From assembly GCF_006345805.1 (NCBI RefSeq), contig NC_042997.1, forward strand, positions 35,402,001-35,466,000: a stretch of 64,000 bases of DNA, written 5' to 3'. Positions 25,341 through 41,420 of this stretch are shown one piece after another. The notes under the pieces are model-generated. The model worked only from the letters and a program-made list of their open reading frames with translations. It had not been told where the DNA came from and searched no databases. The position numbers and the translations under genes are program-made. Position 1 is the stretch's first letter. Every line of letters starts with the position of its first letter. This stretch comes from Octopus sinensis. Taxonomy: Eukaryota.

Positions 25341-26172
25341 AGGAATATACACTTTGTAAATTATGATACAGCTATCGTTGACAACAGAACATATACAACC
25401 TGTAGAAAGGTGTGGCATTAAGGTGGAGGATAAGAGAAACAGGTCAAAAGACTTCATACTGTGGCACCGGTTCCTTCTGATAGCCAGCATAACTATGTGT
25501 TATGCAATGAAATGTGCAAGTCTTTGACGGAGCGCAAGAATTATAAAGGGGCCTCACAGTCCTTTATCTATAACTCTTAGATGTACGAGTATACACCGGT
25601 ATACATATATATATATATATATATAGATATACACACAAACGCGTGCACACATACGCACACACACACACACACGAACACACACAAACACAAACACACACAG
25701 ACATATACATAATTTAACGTACAGGATAATAAATACCGCAATATAGATTTCAGTAATAGTACATGCTTGGTGTAATAAATTTTGTGAAGAAAAGTTCACC
25801 TCATGTTAGTTGCATCGGGTGAAACGACATAAATATTCACTGGGGTTGGAATCGTGTATATCATAAATATATCAACAAAATACATTTGTGCCTGGCTATC
25901 ACAGCGACGTGCAGTAAACCGTGCAGAAACAAATGTATACACAACCGCAACAGCTCTTATATAAATGCACAATTTAATAGCTCTGCATCTTTATATTATT
26001 TCACTTCGTAGTAGTAGTAGTAGTATAGTAGTAGTAGTAGTAGTAGTAGTAACAGTAGTAGTAGTTAGTGTTGTCCCTATATTCGTTCAGAAACATTTAT
26101 GGCAATGTCGTATTTTTAGTCAATCCTTGACATTTTCCCCTCATATATATAAAAACGTGTACGCGCGTGTGG

Positions 26173-26245
<73 letters not shown>

Positions 26246-26719
26246 TATTTGAATGTTTTGCGTTCTTGTCCCATTTTGTATTTTTATATATATTTTTTAT
26301 ACATATATAGTATATATATATCTTTTTCTCTATGTCTTTCGCACCTCCTGCGCACACATGCACAGGCAAACGAATAACAAAAGTTTTCTCAGTATATAAG
26401 TTGATAAAATATGTAAGTGAAACAATCAGGTTTTATTTCAATCTGCATCTGCATTTTCTTGATCGTAACACCGGGTTTCATAAAACTGTGCATTGAAACA
26501 TATATATTAGAGGGATCACTGTACCAATAACCAAGCAAGCATGTTCGAGAATCAACCATTCTCCTCATTATTGCCTTGACACATTACAATACACTGGCAT
26601 TGAATATAGAATACGTTTTATACAGTATTGTAAGATTATACTAAAAATAAATACACACAATTATACAGAACATTGACTGTTCTTAATACTCTACTATTCA
26701 TTTATTAGTATGACTATGT

Positions 26720-27025
26720 ATCTCTTTGGGGAAGTGCTTTCTGCTATAGGCCCGTGCCAGTCAAAATCATTTCAATGGATTTGGTAGGCTCAAACTGAAA
26801 GAATTTCTAGTGTGCGTGTTAGTGTGTGGGTGTGTGTCCGGCCGTCCACTGCTTGACAACCGCTGTTTGTTTACATCCTCGTAACATAGTAGGTCGTCAT
26901 GAAAGACGGTCAGAATAATTACCAGACGTTAAGAAATAAGAACTGAGAGCGATTTGTTCGACTAAAACACTTTCAGACTGTGCCTTAGCATGGTTGCATT
27001 CCAATGACTGCAACAAGCAAAAGGA
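26720..27025 (+). mobile_element. SINE family A, old diverged copy
   Basis: CTGCTATAGGCCCG, TGCTTGACAACCG, GATTTGTTCGACTAAA, AGCATGG..TGACTG blocks in the expected order. Confidence 0.6.
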
Positions 27026-28193
27026 AACATTAGTTCTCATTGGCAATATTAACTGCTAACTTGTTGAAATTATGATACCAAGGCCGTGTACTTTAAATAC
27101 GTATGGCATTCAGGTGACCTATTGCTTCAGCAAATATTTAACGCCTTCCATAAACAGTAAGTACCAGAGAAAGCTTCCTATAATAAGCAAGAAAATCTCT
27201 TATGTTGTATTAAATTTTAAATTCAACAGTGTTTCATATTTTCCATTTCAACAGTATATTCTTATCTGACACCTTGGCAGGTGGTAATAGTTGTATATTT
27301 CCGTTGTCTTACGGATGAAACTTTGCTTAATATCATCACAATTACATCCATAATTTGGGATAAACTGCAAGACAATTTATACGTACACAATACGAAATTG
27401 TAAGTTTAAAGAATGATAATATTATAAAATAAATTGAATCAGTTGTTTGCCTACATTCACAGGTCTTGATTTCCTATTTCGAAAGGCACATGCATATTTC
27501 TCACCTGCGGTTGAATAAAAAACGGAATGTTTAGTTTGACCTAAAATGAACGTTTGTGAAATTGCTACAAATATTTTCATTCAGGCATTACAAACAAAAG
27601 GCTCTTTCTTTAGACGAGTTCAAATGAGGAAGATAAATGCATGCTTGTATCTATGAAGTTCTTAGCCAGAATGCTAGAACACTGTTAACATTTTTGGAAT
27701 TATTCATTCACCACTACATCTGTTTCATTTGCTGATAAGAGTTACAAAATCGTACATGTAGGAAAAACAGGTAAGATATTTCCTATTATGAATTCTTCAG
27801 AGAATCAAATAATATTGTGTCAACTTACGCTTTGAAAACATTTGATTATAACCCTACATACAACATATGTATATATATATAAAAAGGCAAGAAATATTAA
27901 GCGATTATCTCCCTTACACCGGAAGAAATCACTTATTACCTCCCCTTACCTGTAACTCTTCTTTACACTTCTCAACGAAAAGATAACGATGTAAGAAATG
28001 TGAAAAGCTGAACGCGAAACCGGTCATTTCTTCAAAAACTATGTTACTGTATGAAAAAAAATGATAACATTCTTCTGACATAATGACTCAAATATATATT
28101 TTTTAACCTTTTAAAACAAGCCTTCTGTAGTCTTTTCACTTTTTACTATTTTCTATATAGTCAACCACGTGCTTTCACACACCAACTTTCTCA

Positions 28194-28245
<52 letters not shown>

Positions 28246-29922
28246 CACGTAGACATACGCTAAAACACACACATACAGATACACGCTTACATTCACACAA
28301 ACACATACACGCACATGCATTCACACACATAAATATGCATTCACGTATCTCTGTTTATTTCTTTGCATTTCACTTGCATATAATATCGAAAGATTTAAAT
28401 GGAAGCGAGGGAAACGATAAACCGCTACTGTTGACACAAAAATACATCTTTGTTCAGTTGTCTCCGACTTCCAGAAAAATTACAATATCGCATACCATAC
28501 AGTAATGCATAGAGTCATGACTCGCGGACGGATACATATAACTAATAACGATACAGTACATAATATGCGATATAATAAATAATGGCATCGACCACACATA
28601 CGTATATATATATTTCAGACAGTTACTATATATATATATAATATATATATATATATTATATATATATATATATAAATTCGTATATATATATTCGTATACA
28701 TACATACAAACATACATAATATATATATATATATATATATATACACGCATACGGTATATATGTTGGCGTTTGCTTGTCAGTATTTTAATTTCAATAGTGA
28801 ATGTATAAATTGCATACTAAATTTTTTTTCCTTTATTTGTTAATATTATCTCGAAAACTCATTTTCACTAAAATTCTGTGCACATGTAGATAACTCTCTT
28901 AAAAAAATTGTTAATTGGTCTTTTATATTGAATAGCTTCCTTGTTTTTTGTTATCGAAATTAATATATAAAAATATCAATCACACTTGGTTAATATCAGC
29001 ATTTGCAACGATCAGTATGTAATCATTGAAAGAACTTTATAAACATATGTAAAGAACTAAGAATACTTATTTAAGTATAATCCTTTGTTCATTCTTATCG
29101 TACTAAATTTTAAGGGAACCATCTGTTTCATATGACAAATATACGAAAGAAAATCATCGATTATTTCAACAATAATAACAATGATGAATAAACATAAACG
29201 CGAACAACACATACGCTTGTTCCGTTGACTTCAAACGAAATATTTTAAAAGAGGATAATATAGAAGCGAATATATATTTACACACAAAAATATATACTTG
29301 AGAATGAATGTATACGTGTGTGTGTGTGTATGTGTGCGTTTGTGTTAGGAGAGGAGGGCGTTAGCATCTGTGTGCCTGTATTATTCCTGTGTGTATGCGT
29401 GTGCATACACAATATGTAGATTATATAAATATATGTGTGTATGCGCGTGTATATACCTACATACACACACACACATATATATATATATATGTGCGTATAT
29501 ATTATATGTGTGTTTATGTGAGTGTGTGTATGTATGTATATATATATATCATTTGGATATACTTAGACATAATAGAAATATTCGCTTCTGTCTATAAACA
29601 GACACATATGTATATTATAACCTAAATATATACAAGGAATTTCCGATTTAGGTAAAACGCCAGCATTTTAATTTGTTCGACCTTTGTGGTACGATATTGT
29701 ACGGGTCTGAGAGGGATAAAAGTTACAGTTGACTTACGATTCGATATTTAACTCGCCACTGAAGCAACCCCCCCAAAAAAAATTATAAATAAACAACGGA
29801 ATACCGCAAAGCATTTTCCTACGCTCTAAGGATTCAAAAGTTTCCCTCACTACCTCTCGCTATCTCTCGCAGAAACTACGCGATGACATACCAGGATAGG
29901 TACGTATATATATGTACACCTC

Positions 29923-29963
<41 letters not shown>

Positions 29964-30039
29964 CTATCTATGTTATCTATCTATCTATCTACTTATCTAT
30001 CTATGTGTTATCTAACTATCCATATCCATATGTGTCTCA

Positions 30040-30345
30040 AGAAAGGAATACGAAAAGCTTTCCCAGTCTAAAGATCTGCAAATTGAAATCACCAAAAAGT
30101 GGAAGCTTACTACTGTGACAATACCAGTAGTAATTGGTGCGTTGGGAATGATAAAGAAGGGAGCTGAGAAGTGTATTAAGCAACTCCCTCGTAATTCCAA
30201 TCTCCGTTATCAACGAAAGATAACCTTGATGGGTTCATCCTATATATTACTAGGGAAAGCACTCTCCATCTAAAATAGAACAAATTTTAACATGCATAGC
30301 AAAACAAAAGCCTCCGAGCGATGCCCTGTACTAAGTTATAATGAA
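30040..30345 (+). mobile_element. R4/Dong-like LINE 3' fragment (RLE C-terminus)
   Basis: KDLQIEITKKWKLTTVTIPVVIGALGMIKKG; followed by (TAA)n. Confidence 0.7.
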
Positions 30346-30363
30346 AGGTAACTATAAATAATA

Positions 30364-30417
<54 letters not shown>

Positions 30418-30430
30418 TAATAATAATAAT

Positions 30431-31085
30431 AAGTATAAATTAAGACATGACAGAGTTGGCCAATATCTCCACTGGCTAATAAGTCGGCATTACAATATCA
30501 AAACTGCCGAGAAGTGGTATAATCACCACCCTGAGGCTGTAACTGAAGGAGAAAATGTGACCATTCTGTGGGACTTTCCAGTACATACAGACCGAACCAT
30601 CAAGGCCAATAAACCAGATATTGTTGTGAAAGACCAAAACAATAAAGTTTGCTTATTGATCGACATGAGCATCCCCTGTGATCATAATATCTCAGCGAAA
30701 GAGTTTGACAAGCTCAGAAAATATAAAGACCTACTCATTGAAATTGAGAAAATGTGGCATCTCAAGGCGGTTACAATACCAGTGATCGTAGGAGCACTAG
30801 GAATGATCAAGAAGGGAACCGAAAATTATATGAGAATGATCCCTGGCTTACCATCCCTGCAAGAAGTGCAAGAGATTGTCTTAACTGGTACATCACACGT
30901 ATTGAGAAGAGCATTGTCGATGTGAGAACTGTTGCTGCTCATGTATTTTAATTTAACTAAAGAAAAAAAAAATTAACGAACTATTGAGTTTGGTTTAATG
31001 GCCTACCAATGTATACTATGAGTTTCTTTGCCCTAGGGGTCGGGAAGACACTCGGCAAGAAATGGAAGCAAATTTGAAAGAAGAA
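30431..31085 (+). mobile_element. 5'-truncated R4/Dong-like LINE with open restriction-like endonuclease (RLE) domain
   Basis: Open frame 30431-30925: RHDRVGQYLHW..TILWDFPVHTDRTIKANKPDIVVKD..LIDMSIP..KEFDKLRKYKDL..IPVIVGALG; (TAA)n on both sides. Confidence 0.85.
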
Positions 31086-31109
31086 AAAAAAGAAATAATA
31101 ATAATAATA

Positions 31110-31530
31110 ATAATAATTTCTACTCTAAGCACAAGGCCCGAAATTTTGGGCGAGGGTGCCAGTCGATTAGATCGACACCAGTACGCAACTGGTACTTAAA
31201 TTATCGATCCTGAAAATATGAAAGGCAATGTGAATCTCGGCGGAATTTAAGTTCAGAACGTAGAGACAAGCGAAATACCTTTAAGTACTACTGTCTGCTT
31301 TCTAACGATTCGGCCAGCAAGGCCTGAAATCTTTTAGTTTTTTTGCGGGGTGGGGGCATTCGATTAGATCAACCAAATATGCAACTGGTACTTAATTTAT
31401 TGACCCCCGAAAGGATGAAAGGCAAAGTCGACGTCGGCAGAATTTGAACTCAGAACATAAAGACAAGACAGACGAAATATTGCTTAGCAGTTCGCCCGGC
31501 GTGCTAACGATTCTGACAGCTCGCCACCTT
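31110..31530 (-). mobile_element. Two adjacent copies of SINE family B
   Basis: Both contain CTGGTACTTAA..ATCGA..GAAAGGCAA..CGGCGGAATTT..CAGAAC; reverse complement of 56652-56890. Confidence 0.8.
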
Positions 31531-33954
31531 TAAAAGTAACATAAATGCCAACACGACAGTCGTGTACATACACAGAAAATAAAAAAAAGCACGTGGTACA
31601 AAAACAAAACGACTTCCTATGTGTGTAATGCGCATACACGAGCTAAAACATTCATATTTATCAGTAGAAAAAAGGAAACAGTTAGCGCAGGCCGCCATAT
31701 TTTTGTCTGTCAATTACAAATTGATGTAATGCATCGGTTCATGTGACTAAAAATCCAGAGTTTAGCTTGTAGAGTTTAACTTCCTATTCTCTAACTAGTA
31801 ACACAGTTTGTCGAAACCTTTTGTGTATTCTGTTAGGGCTTGTGTTTCTGTTTATTAATGTTTTGTATCGAAATATCTTACAAAAATAACATCCTGCAAA
31901 ATCACCTGATATGATATTTTCAGCGAGTAGTGAAGATTGCTCACTAGTGATAACAACGTTATATATATAACCTTGTGAGGATTACAGATCTACATTTCCC
32001 TCATCCGAAACAACTCTGTCTCAAAAATATACCAATAACTTGCTGAATGTGAAGCAATGGTAATTTTTATTTCTAACTTTCGATAAATATAGAATTAGCA
32101 AAAGACACGCAAAAATTGCATATATCCCACGTTGATACTAGATATCTAAAATTTACATTCACAACGGTAAACAAACGAAATAGAAATTCTTAAACAAAAG
32201 AAAACGAAAGAAGCGATGTGAGTGATATTGTGTAGTTGCAATGAGGTGAGCAACATGCAGGAAAAGTAGGAAGTTAGTAAATATATTTATAAACTAGCTA
32301 TAGACACAAGCAAAAATACAAATAAGAGTCTAATCACCGGAGAAAGACAGGATAAATCTACCAAGAAATGTAAAAATATATATGAAAAAAAAATTGTCAA
32401 AAAGAGGAGAGAAAGCAATAACAATACAAGTTTTCTGTAATCTCTCAGAATACTAGAAACAAAAGCCAATTCTCAGGCAAACCTCAATAATATTCTATAA
32501 ACAGATGCGCATATGCAACAACATTGATCTAGTTATGTCTCAAAAGATCTGACCGTTACTGCTAGAACATCTCGGGTCAATTATGCATTAGACCATAGTA
32601 GATATGTTGGAGAATGATAACATATGATCAACAGCAAGGGAATGGATGCCTGTGCTATTAACAAAACCACCATTGCCCCTCTCCTTCGACTACCGATAAC
32701 AATAACAGCAATAATAAATTGTAAAATAGTTGGAACAATATTGTTGTAGTTGGAACAATATATTCAAAAAGCAGTTCTACTCTATTGAAGCAGCCACAGC
32801 TGGTGTCCAAGTTACATGTAGAACTTGGACACTAGCGGTAGCCGCTTAAATGTTAGATTTTGTTTGTTAATGAAACTAATGCGAAATTATTACTGCGATT
32901 TTCAACTTCACTAAAAGATATAACGGATGTAGAGAATAAAGACAAAAACATAAGGTGAGGTACATTTCGAAGTTTCTTCTCTGGTACGTCAGCAAATTCG
33001 TTTGGAAGCATCAGATATATTTAGACATTTACTTTTCTTTATTAAACAAAAATATCGGAAGTTGACACAAGATCGCACATCGAAAACAATATTTATTTCT
33101 GAGACAGACACGAGGATACCAAGATTGAGAGATCTTTCAAAAGACTTTAGCCGATCGAATCGACTCATTATGAGATTGATTTCAATTCAGGAATTAAAAC
33201 GCTGGGAGAAATGGTACAAAATTTGTATCTGATGCTTCTACAATTGTGCTTATTGAGCTCCCTTATTTGCATACATACACAAACATATTCAGAATTACTT
33301 TAGACGCCACACAAATACATGAACATTCGCACACACATATTAACACACAGACTCATGAACATGCACGTACACACATACACACACATACACACACACATAT
33401 ATATATATTCATACATACATACATCTATAAATATATACCAAATTCTAATATAGATATAGTGCAATAACAAATTAGGTCATTCTGTGACTATGAATAGAAA
33501 TTTTGTATACTTCAAAACATAGGTCACTTCTGCGGTCACATAAAAATAATTTTGTGGATCTCATTAAATTTCTGTAGTGATGCGAGTCGGAAATTTTCAA
33601 GTATATTCTTTCTTCAACAGACTCATTAGCGGGAAATAATTTCTTCTGAGGTTAAGCTGGGATACGAGAAAACAAACGTTTTGGTAAAATGTAGGAATTT
33701 CTTTTCATTTCGAAAGAAAGCAGTCAGTGGGCATCGCAGACTTGGGCTTTAGGGGATAAAAAAGATGATTACATTGCAGAAATAGCACAAAATATTTCAT
33801 AAACAGAATAGATGAAATCTAAGCAACCTATTGCCAAATATTACTGCCCTCTCCTTCTCTTCTGTGAACACGTGCTTACAGTATATACACAATATGTGTA
33901 CATATGTATGTGTCTACATGTATATGTGTGTGTGAGTGTGTATGTTTAAGAATA

Positions 33955-34010
<56 letters not shown>

Positions 34011-37000
34011 AAAACTGGCATACACACATATGTGCATACCAACTTGCATGAAACATTTATTAGAATATATAGAGAATATATAGAGTTATTTTCACCAGTT
34101 TTTAAAACTAAATATTCACAAATGCTCATTTACACAAGCTTATAAATATACACAAATACTCTTTTTGCAAGTGGTTAAGTGAAATATATTATAGGAGCAT
34201 ATAGGTCACAAATGTTATATAGAAAGCGAGGTTTCACATTAAACTTTATTGTGAAGAATTTAAAGGGTTCTCACAAACGCCCACTATACCAAATTACTCT
34301 TAATATTTCTTTTCAACCGAGTTGCTAAAGCTTTCATAAATATATTAGAAAATGTATTTTTTATTTTTTGTGGTTGAGTGTATGTTTTAAAATCTTGTAT
34401 ATTATGTGTATAAATTACAACTCCCTAATGAAACACATTAAATTCACTATAAATACTTAAATATAACGAAGTGTATAAAACTCATGCTGCTTCTCAAATT
34501 CTATATTTCAATTAAAGACTGATAAATTGATGTTATCAGTTAAAATGTTATATATATATACATATATATATATATGTGTGTGTGTGTGTTGTGTGTGTGT
34601 GTATGTGTGTGTGTATGTGTGTGTATTATCATGCGTGTGAACTAATAACTTAAACTATGGACGCATGTAACAATTTCATTTAAAATTTAGTTTTTTCCAA
34701 TCAAAATTGTAAGTCACTGTGTCAAAAATATTGAGCAGCGTAAATTTTTTTTATTGATAACCCTTTAACCTAAAAGATAATCTGGGCTGTGTCATGCTAT
34801 AAACGCTAGGGAATTGTAGAGAATGGCTCCTTGGATCGTGTTATCCACCAAATTTGTCTCCCATTGATCAAACTTCGAGAAAAACTATGTAATAAATTCA
34901 AGTTCCATCGATTCAAACCTACTAGCGCGGATTTCTCTCTATTTGTTTTTAATCTAAGGAGCAAATGATAAGTATGTCATACACCTATGAAGATTTCTTT
35001 TCTATCATATTTGTTTCTTATGGAATATAACTATTGGAATATTGCATTATCATAACAAAGCAACATGGAGTGAAACCCTATATGTATCAAGATTATATCA
35101 TAATATATACTATTGTCCTAGTTCGATCATAATCTAACGGCATTTCATCAAGATAGTGATATTAGTTTCTTATAGGTTACGTTTCATAACAATTCATTGC
35201 ATATATTCTACGAAGTTCATATGTAAACCAATGTCCAATGCCTTAAAAAAATAAAATGAATTATTGGTTGAGTGCATAGAAAAGTCGAGTACCAAGGGGG
35301 ATATTAATGCTTCTAAAAAGAGATTTTTCTACATAAGAGTGGAATAGTCATTCATATAGATATTAAAATAATCGGTCCTTGTAATTCTGACAATGATAAG
35401 GGAATATTGGTAGATTTGCACACTAAATGTGCGTCTTCATATTATTTCATGTATTGTCGGTTAATAAGAATTTACATAGGTTAGAGGGACTGTATAATAA
35501 GAAGCTCAAGGTTTTGACCAGTTGCAATAATTCTGTCCTTACTCTCCTTACTATCATTATGCATGTTATAATTTTTATTTATATCTTTGTTTAAAGATCA
35601 TTATCATGAAATTTCATTTTTTCTTATTTTAGATTTTTTTTAAAGAAAATAGCGTTATAAATTCCGTTAAATTTTATCCAGAATTCATTTTGGTGAATAG
35701 ATTTGGAGTCGTAACCTTATCATATCTGTCCATTAAAATTATTACGTTATCCGTTCAATCGTACTATAACAATGCCCTCAGATTTAAATAGATAACATAT
35801 ACTTTTAATAGTTTCATTTCGTTTATCTCAAAATTCATATCGTGCTCTAAATATCAAAATACCTCATTATTCCTGCTATATGGTAGCTCATGATTTCTCC
35901 TACGTGATAAAATCGAAACATTTTCCTTCATTTTCCTTCATCTACAATTGCATATAGTTAAGTTACATTGTATCACGAAAAAATAGAATAAGAGACGAAA
36001 CCATGAAATAATCTGGCAAACCACTTTTTGGAATTACTGAATATATATATATATTTCAAATAAAGAATCTCAATCTGATGTTAATACTTAACTTATTGAA
36101 TCATTTATATTTTAATTCTGTGCATACATCTAACATTTTAATCTAGAAATCCATATAATAATACCCTCATGCTTAACATTTCATTTCAATAATTTATTGC
36201 ATTTTCACATATTTTCCAAATGTGACTTATGTAACTTTTCTTCTACTGTTTATAGTATGAGATAAAAAAAAAAGTTGGCTGTGGAAGTTTAAATGCCAAC
36301 TATTATTCGTCAGCGTTTACTGATTCAATAACCATTACATTGGTCATAAAATATATTTATTTGACTTCAGTTCCGCTTTCAAATAATGTTTGATGGAATT
36401 ATACTGAAGGTTTCGATATGTCTCAGATAGATAATATCAATATGTTTCTTTTCTAATTCAAAGTGCAATTTGAAAGATGTTTGGATAGAGAACGTAGATA
36501 TATATTTATTTGTATGATATTCGAAGAAATTTAGCGTGTTATTGATTTTTAAAGCCAATATATTATCTTTGAGTATTCGATCTCACGAAGTAATTTCCAA
36601 ATCTAAACGCTTCCAATTATATATTATTGCATTTAATGTTTAAAAATAAAAACAAACAATGAATGAAAATACGAAGAATAAACTTATTATTATTCAATAT
36701 TTAGCATCGGTGGAGGGAGGGAACAAAACTAATATAATTCTCATATTTCTGAGGAAATTAATTCTGCATAATCAATATAAATATATCATCAATGTATACC
36801 AGAAATAAATATATACGTTTTAGTATACATATGAATGTGTGCGCGTGTGTGTGTTTGTGCGCGTGTTGAGTACATTGCATAACTAACAATCCTTTGTGAA
36901 AACATTGATCTTTACGTAAAACTACTTAATACCGACGTGAAGTTAAACCAGCTAAAGAGATTATTACCGTTTCGTTTTCTCTGTAACTGACTTCAACTAA

Positions 37001-37289
37001 CTTGTCTGCGAGTAAACGAATGTTACGCTATTAAATATCAATTCATGAGTGTGGGCCTGTATAAATATACGATTTTCAAAGCATACTTTAAAACGGATAC
37101 TTGTTTTGATTTCATTAACATTATATTTTGTGATGTCTCTACGTGTATAAAGCAGATTTCCATTTCTGTCATATCTGTCCTCAATAAATCGCTTTTAGTA
37201 ATGCGTTATTATTCATGCTACATAGAAATCCATCTTCATATAATATCCATTCTGAATGTATAACATATATGTGTATATATATATATATA

Positions 37290-37335
<46 letters not shown>

Positions 37336-38685
37336 TGTATAAAGGAAACAGAAAATGGAGAAATATTGATGAACAAAAATTGACTTACATCAATTATTAT
37401 TTATTAATTCAATACAAATAGACTGCACCCCATCAAACAACTGTTTCTGCTTCCAATGTTGTATGGTATTGCCATTGATATGCTAAAAACATTTATCATA
37501 TAAGGTAATATTACTGATCTGGAACATGGAGCGTCATCAGAGAGAATAAATAAATAAATAAAAAGGTAGAGCTTACAGAAGAAAAAGGAAGAGTTAAATA
37601 TGCCTGCAATCATACCATTTTGCTTGTGTATCTCTTTGAGACGTTAAGTAAATGACTACACTTAAAATAGAATTTGGTGGATGAATCCTTCGTACGGGGG
37701 GGGGGTTGGATGGATAAATTAAAAAATAAAAACGCTAGTAGTGGGATACGCCAATAAGTATCATTCGGGGAAGGGGTGGAGATATAATAACGTTTTAGAT
37801 TAATCATAATAATTTATAATAATTATGTTTATAGTACTAATTAATAGTATTTATCATAATACAGAGCTAATGGATTAAATTTAATTTGCTTATATTTATT
37901 TACTAGAGGTGGTTAAGCCCTTCCACCAGCTGTCCGAAGTTAGATAGGCCAAGGACCAACCTTCGATATAACTGGTCAATTGAAATGTTAAAACAAAGAC
38001 CAGCTATTGAGACGGTTATGCGAGGGAAAATTAGTAAATAAATGAATGGGAAAATGGTTTATTTTGTAAGGGGTCCTCACACGATTAGGACAGTATATAC
38101 TAGATTTAAAAAATAGATTTTATGGAAGAAATATTAAAAGCGAAACCTATTCGGACATTTTGGAAGTAAGACTGTTAGTGGTGAAAATGTTTTTTTTTAA
38201 GAGTAAGGTGAAATTAGTAACAATGAAAGGAATTTATTTCGTAGGAAGATTTGGGGAATAGTTATGGTTAAGGGGAGGTAATAACTAGGGCAAGTGGCCT
38301 AAATAAAAGACTGCTGCTCTGCCATCCTGCGCACCTTGTCAGTGAGCTGACTATCCTAACAGACAGCTAATTTCACAGCTAATTGGCCAAACAATCTATA
38401 AATCAGTCTGCCTAGTGGCCAATTAAATAAGTAAAGGTAAATATCCCTAATTAAATTGTGAATATAATTTATAATTAAGAATTAAATCTTGAAATACTTG
38501 GGTGTTAATTTTATAGATACAGGCCCTTACAACAATTTGCTCATGCTTTCATTCACACACAAAAAGAAATCATCACAAGATAAATATGGCTATGAATCAA
38601 CGGTTTTTATTGACCAAAATTAGCATGATTCTTCTGTTCTATTATCATGGAATGTGAAGAAGACATTTGGATAGGATTGAAATAT

Positions 38686-38851
38686 AGGCGCAGGAGTGGC
38701 TGTGTGGTAAGTAGCTTGCCAACCAACCACATGGTTCCGGGTTCAGTCCCACTGCGTGGCACCTTGGGCAGGTGTATTCCGCTATAGCCCCGGGCCGACC
38801 AATGCCTTGTGAGTGGATTTGGTAGACGGAAACTGAAAGAAGCCTGTCGTA

Positions 38852-38920
<69 letters not shown>

Positions 38921-39125
38921 TTGTATGTCTGTGTTTGTCCCCCTAGCATTGCTTGACAACCGATGCTGGTGCGTTTACGTCCCCGTCACTTAGCGGTTCG
39001 GCAAAAGAGACCGATAGAATAAGTACGGGCTCACAAAGAATAAGTCCCTGGGTTGATTTGCTCGACTAAAGGCGGTGCTCCAGCATGGCCGCAGTCAAAA
39101 TGACTGAAACAAGTAAAAGAAAGAA
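38686..39125 (+). mobile_element. Full-length tRNA-derived SINE family A with internal (TA)n
   Basis: Head AGGCGCAGGAGTGGCTGTGTGG..GGTTCAGTCCC; at least 7 copies in the window; A-rich tail. Confidence 0.9.
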
Positions 39126-41222
39126 AAAAATACGTAATCATGTGCGACGTTTACACTAAGGTACATTCCCCGTTGTCAGCCAAAGCGAGAAAAGTATTCA
39201 TCTGAAGTTTTGTTGGTTTACTCTGTCTTAATCAATCGTCCTTGTAAGGTTAAACCAGATATACTTGTGAATAAGAATTAACAAGTGAAATACATCCAAA
39301 GTTTGGAAAGTATTTTCATTGAATATTTTTCTATCTCCAACTGCAACTGGTAAAGTATCTCGAAAGAAGAAATATTAACTACATGTATGTATGTGGTTTT
39401 ATTTGTGAGTGTGCATGTGCATGTGTTAATAAAAAACTGGATGTGCAAATTGTGTGTATGTAATTACTGGAGCGATGTCCCTCTGTGGTTTTGACTAATT
39501 TTCAGATCAGCGCTGATTATTCATGTGTAAGCATGATAACTTCGCTTTTCTTTTTCTGTTCTACACTTTTGCGCCCTGCATCTGTTTGCTTGAAATTTAA
39601 CTCTATGCAAATTGCGGGGAATTTTTGCATAATAGAATATTTGACTGAAAAACAAACGGAAAATAATAAACAGATGTGTACGAGGCCCAATTCAGAATTA
39701 TTTGATAGGCTGTGAATTAATTATCGCAATGTTTTGCTTTTATTTCTGTTTATCATACAATAATTACTGTTGGGAATTACTATTTAATGGCCTTTGCATA
39801 ATGAGTTTATTACACATCACCTCCAATTGATGGTGTACTGAAGCTTACCTAACCGATGTTGCAAGTGAGACTGAACCTTAATTTTATTTCGTGACATCTG
39901 TTTAGCTCGTCAAGTCACAAATAATACATAAGCAAATTTCCAAGCAAATTTCACACGACCTACCTGGTAGCTAGTAGCCTAAATTCTTTTTTATTAGATT
40001 ATTATAAAACTGACGTTTTTGGTGATTATAATTTTCCACAAGTATGTTTATAGAATGTAATTTCCAAGTGTCAACTGAATTACGATAAATAATAATATTT
40101 TGAAAATGTTTGAACCAGTTTCCAATTCTATTTTACTTTTGTTATTCTGATCAAAATACATTGTCAATAACAGAAGATCAACGTCTTGCATATCTGATCA
40201 TGTCCACTCTCTAGAAATCATAGTTCGGTTAAGGTAATCTTTTTTTTTATAGAGTGGAGATTATTTCCAGAGCAATTTATGATTATTTTTCAATAACATA
40301 ATTCATTTATATTTGCAAGAAATAGAGTTAAATCTGGCACGGATTCAGTTCTTACTTTATGCGCTTTAAGCTATTCATTTTTCGGAAATCTCACAGGACA
40401 CCAGAAAAGCTACCGTTCTCTACGTAATTTTGCTACCACAAGTAATTTCCTGAAGTTTGTGTGCATTACTACGTGATTACATTTCTTAACACTACACTGT
40501 CATCATTGTACCAGCTTAATGCAGGTTGTTTGTCTTTTTCGATAAAAATTTATAATAGCTTCCTAATACACAATTGTTAAACATTGCTAGAGTATTAGTA
40601 CTTGGGCATATATAAGATTCATCTGCATATAATTTTTGATAAACGGAAGGAGACTACATGCAGGAGTACAATATATATATGGATACATTTCAACTATAAT
40701 ATATTTTGTGGCATATATCACAATAATTACTGCTGGTTTCAATTTTCGCATTAATTATGGAAATGGATAGTTGTGTTTGTATGAGGTAAGGCCAATACAG
40801 AGGCTGTGTGTACACGGAATAGAGAAGGGCTATGGAGCCACATACATATTTTAACAAGGAAATACTACTTAAATTTAATTATAAATTTTGATCGGGTGTT
40901 GAAATATACGGGATATCACATGTTTGTAAAGACCCATACTTAAGGAAGAATTTTTAAAGGAAAAAATGAAAGTATGAATTTGGTGTTTATGAATACTGCA
41001 ATAACTTTCACAGCATAATAAAAAAAAACATTTCAAAGAATGTTACCCGTTACAAGTTCAATATTCGTACTTTTATTGAATCCAACGTGATTTCGAACCT
41101 TTCTTTGAATGATATTCTCTTTAAGATAATTGGTAACAATGACGTTCCGCCGTTCCACTAAAGTTGTGTAGTACTGAATAAAATCTTGTTTCAATATTCA
41201 AATATTAATTCCTCTACGTCAT

Positions 41223-41420
41223 AAATGAAGGGCGGCTGAAAAGTTTATAGGCTTTCTTAGACACTCTCGAGGAATGTGACCAAATAAAGCCTATTTTTCA
41301 ACACCATCCCCTTGCCCTACACATATTTACTTCAATGCAGTGCTTGGTTCAACTGGTTAATACGCTTTCATCCTGTCGGTCAAAAACATCATGAAAGCTG
41401 TATGAAAACATCTATGAATT
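41223..41420 (+). mobile_element. Possible mariner-type terminal remnant
   Basis: GAAGGGCGGCTGAAAAGTT resembles mariner TIR starts; no second TIR found. Confidence 0.3.
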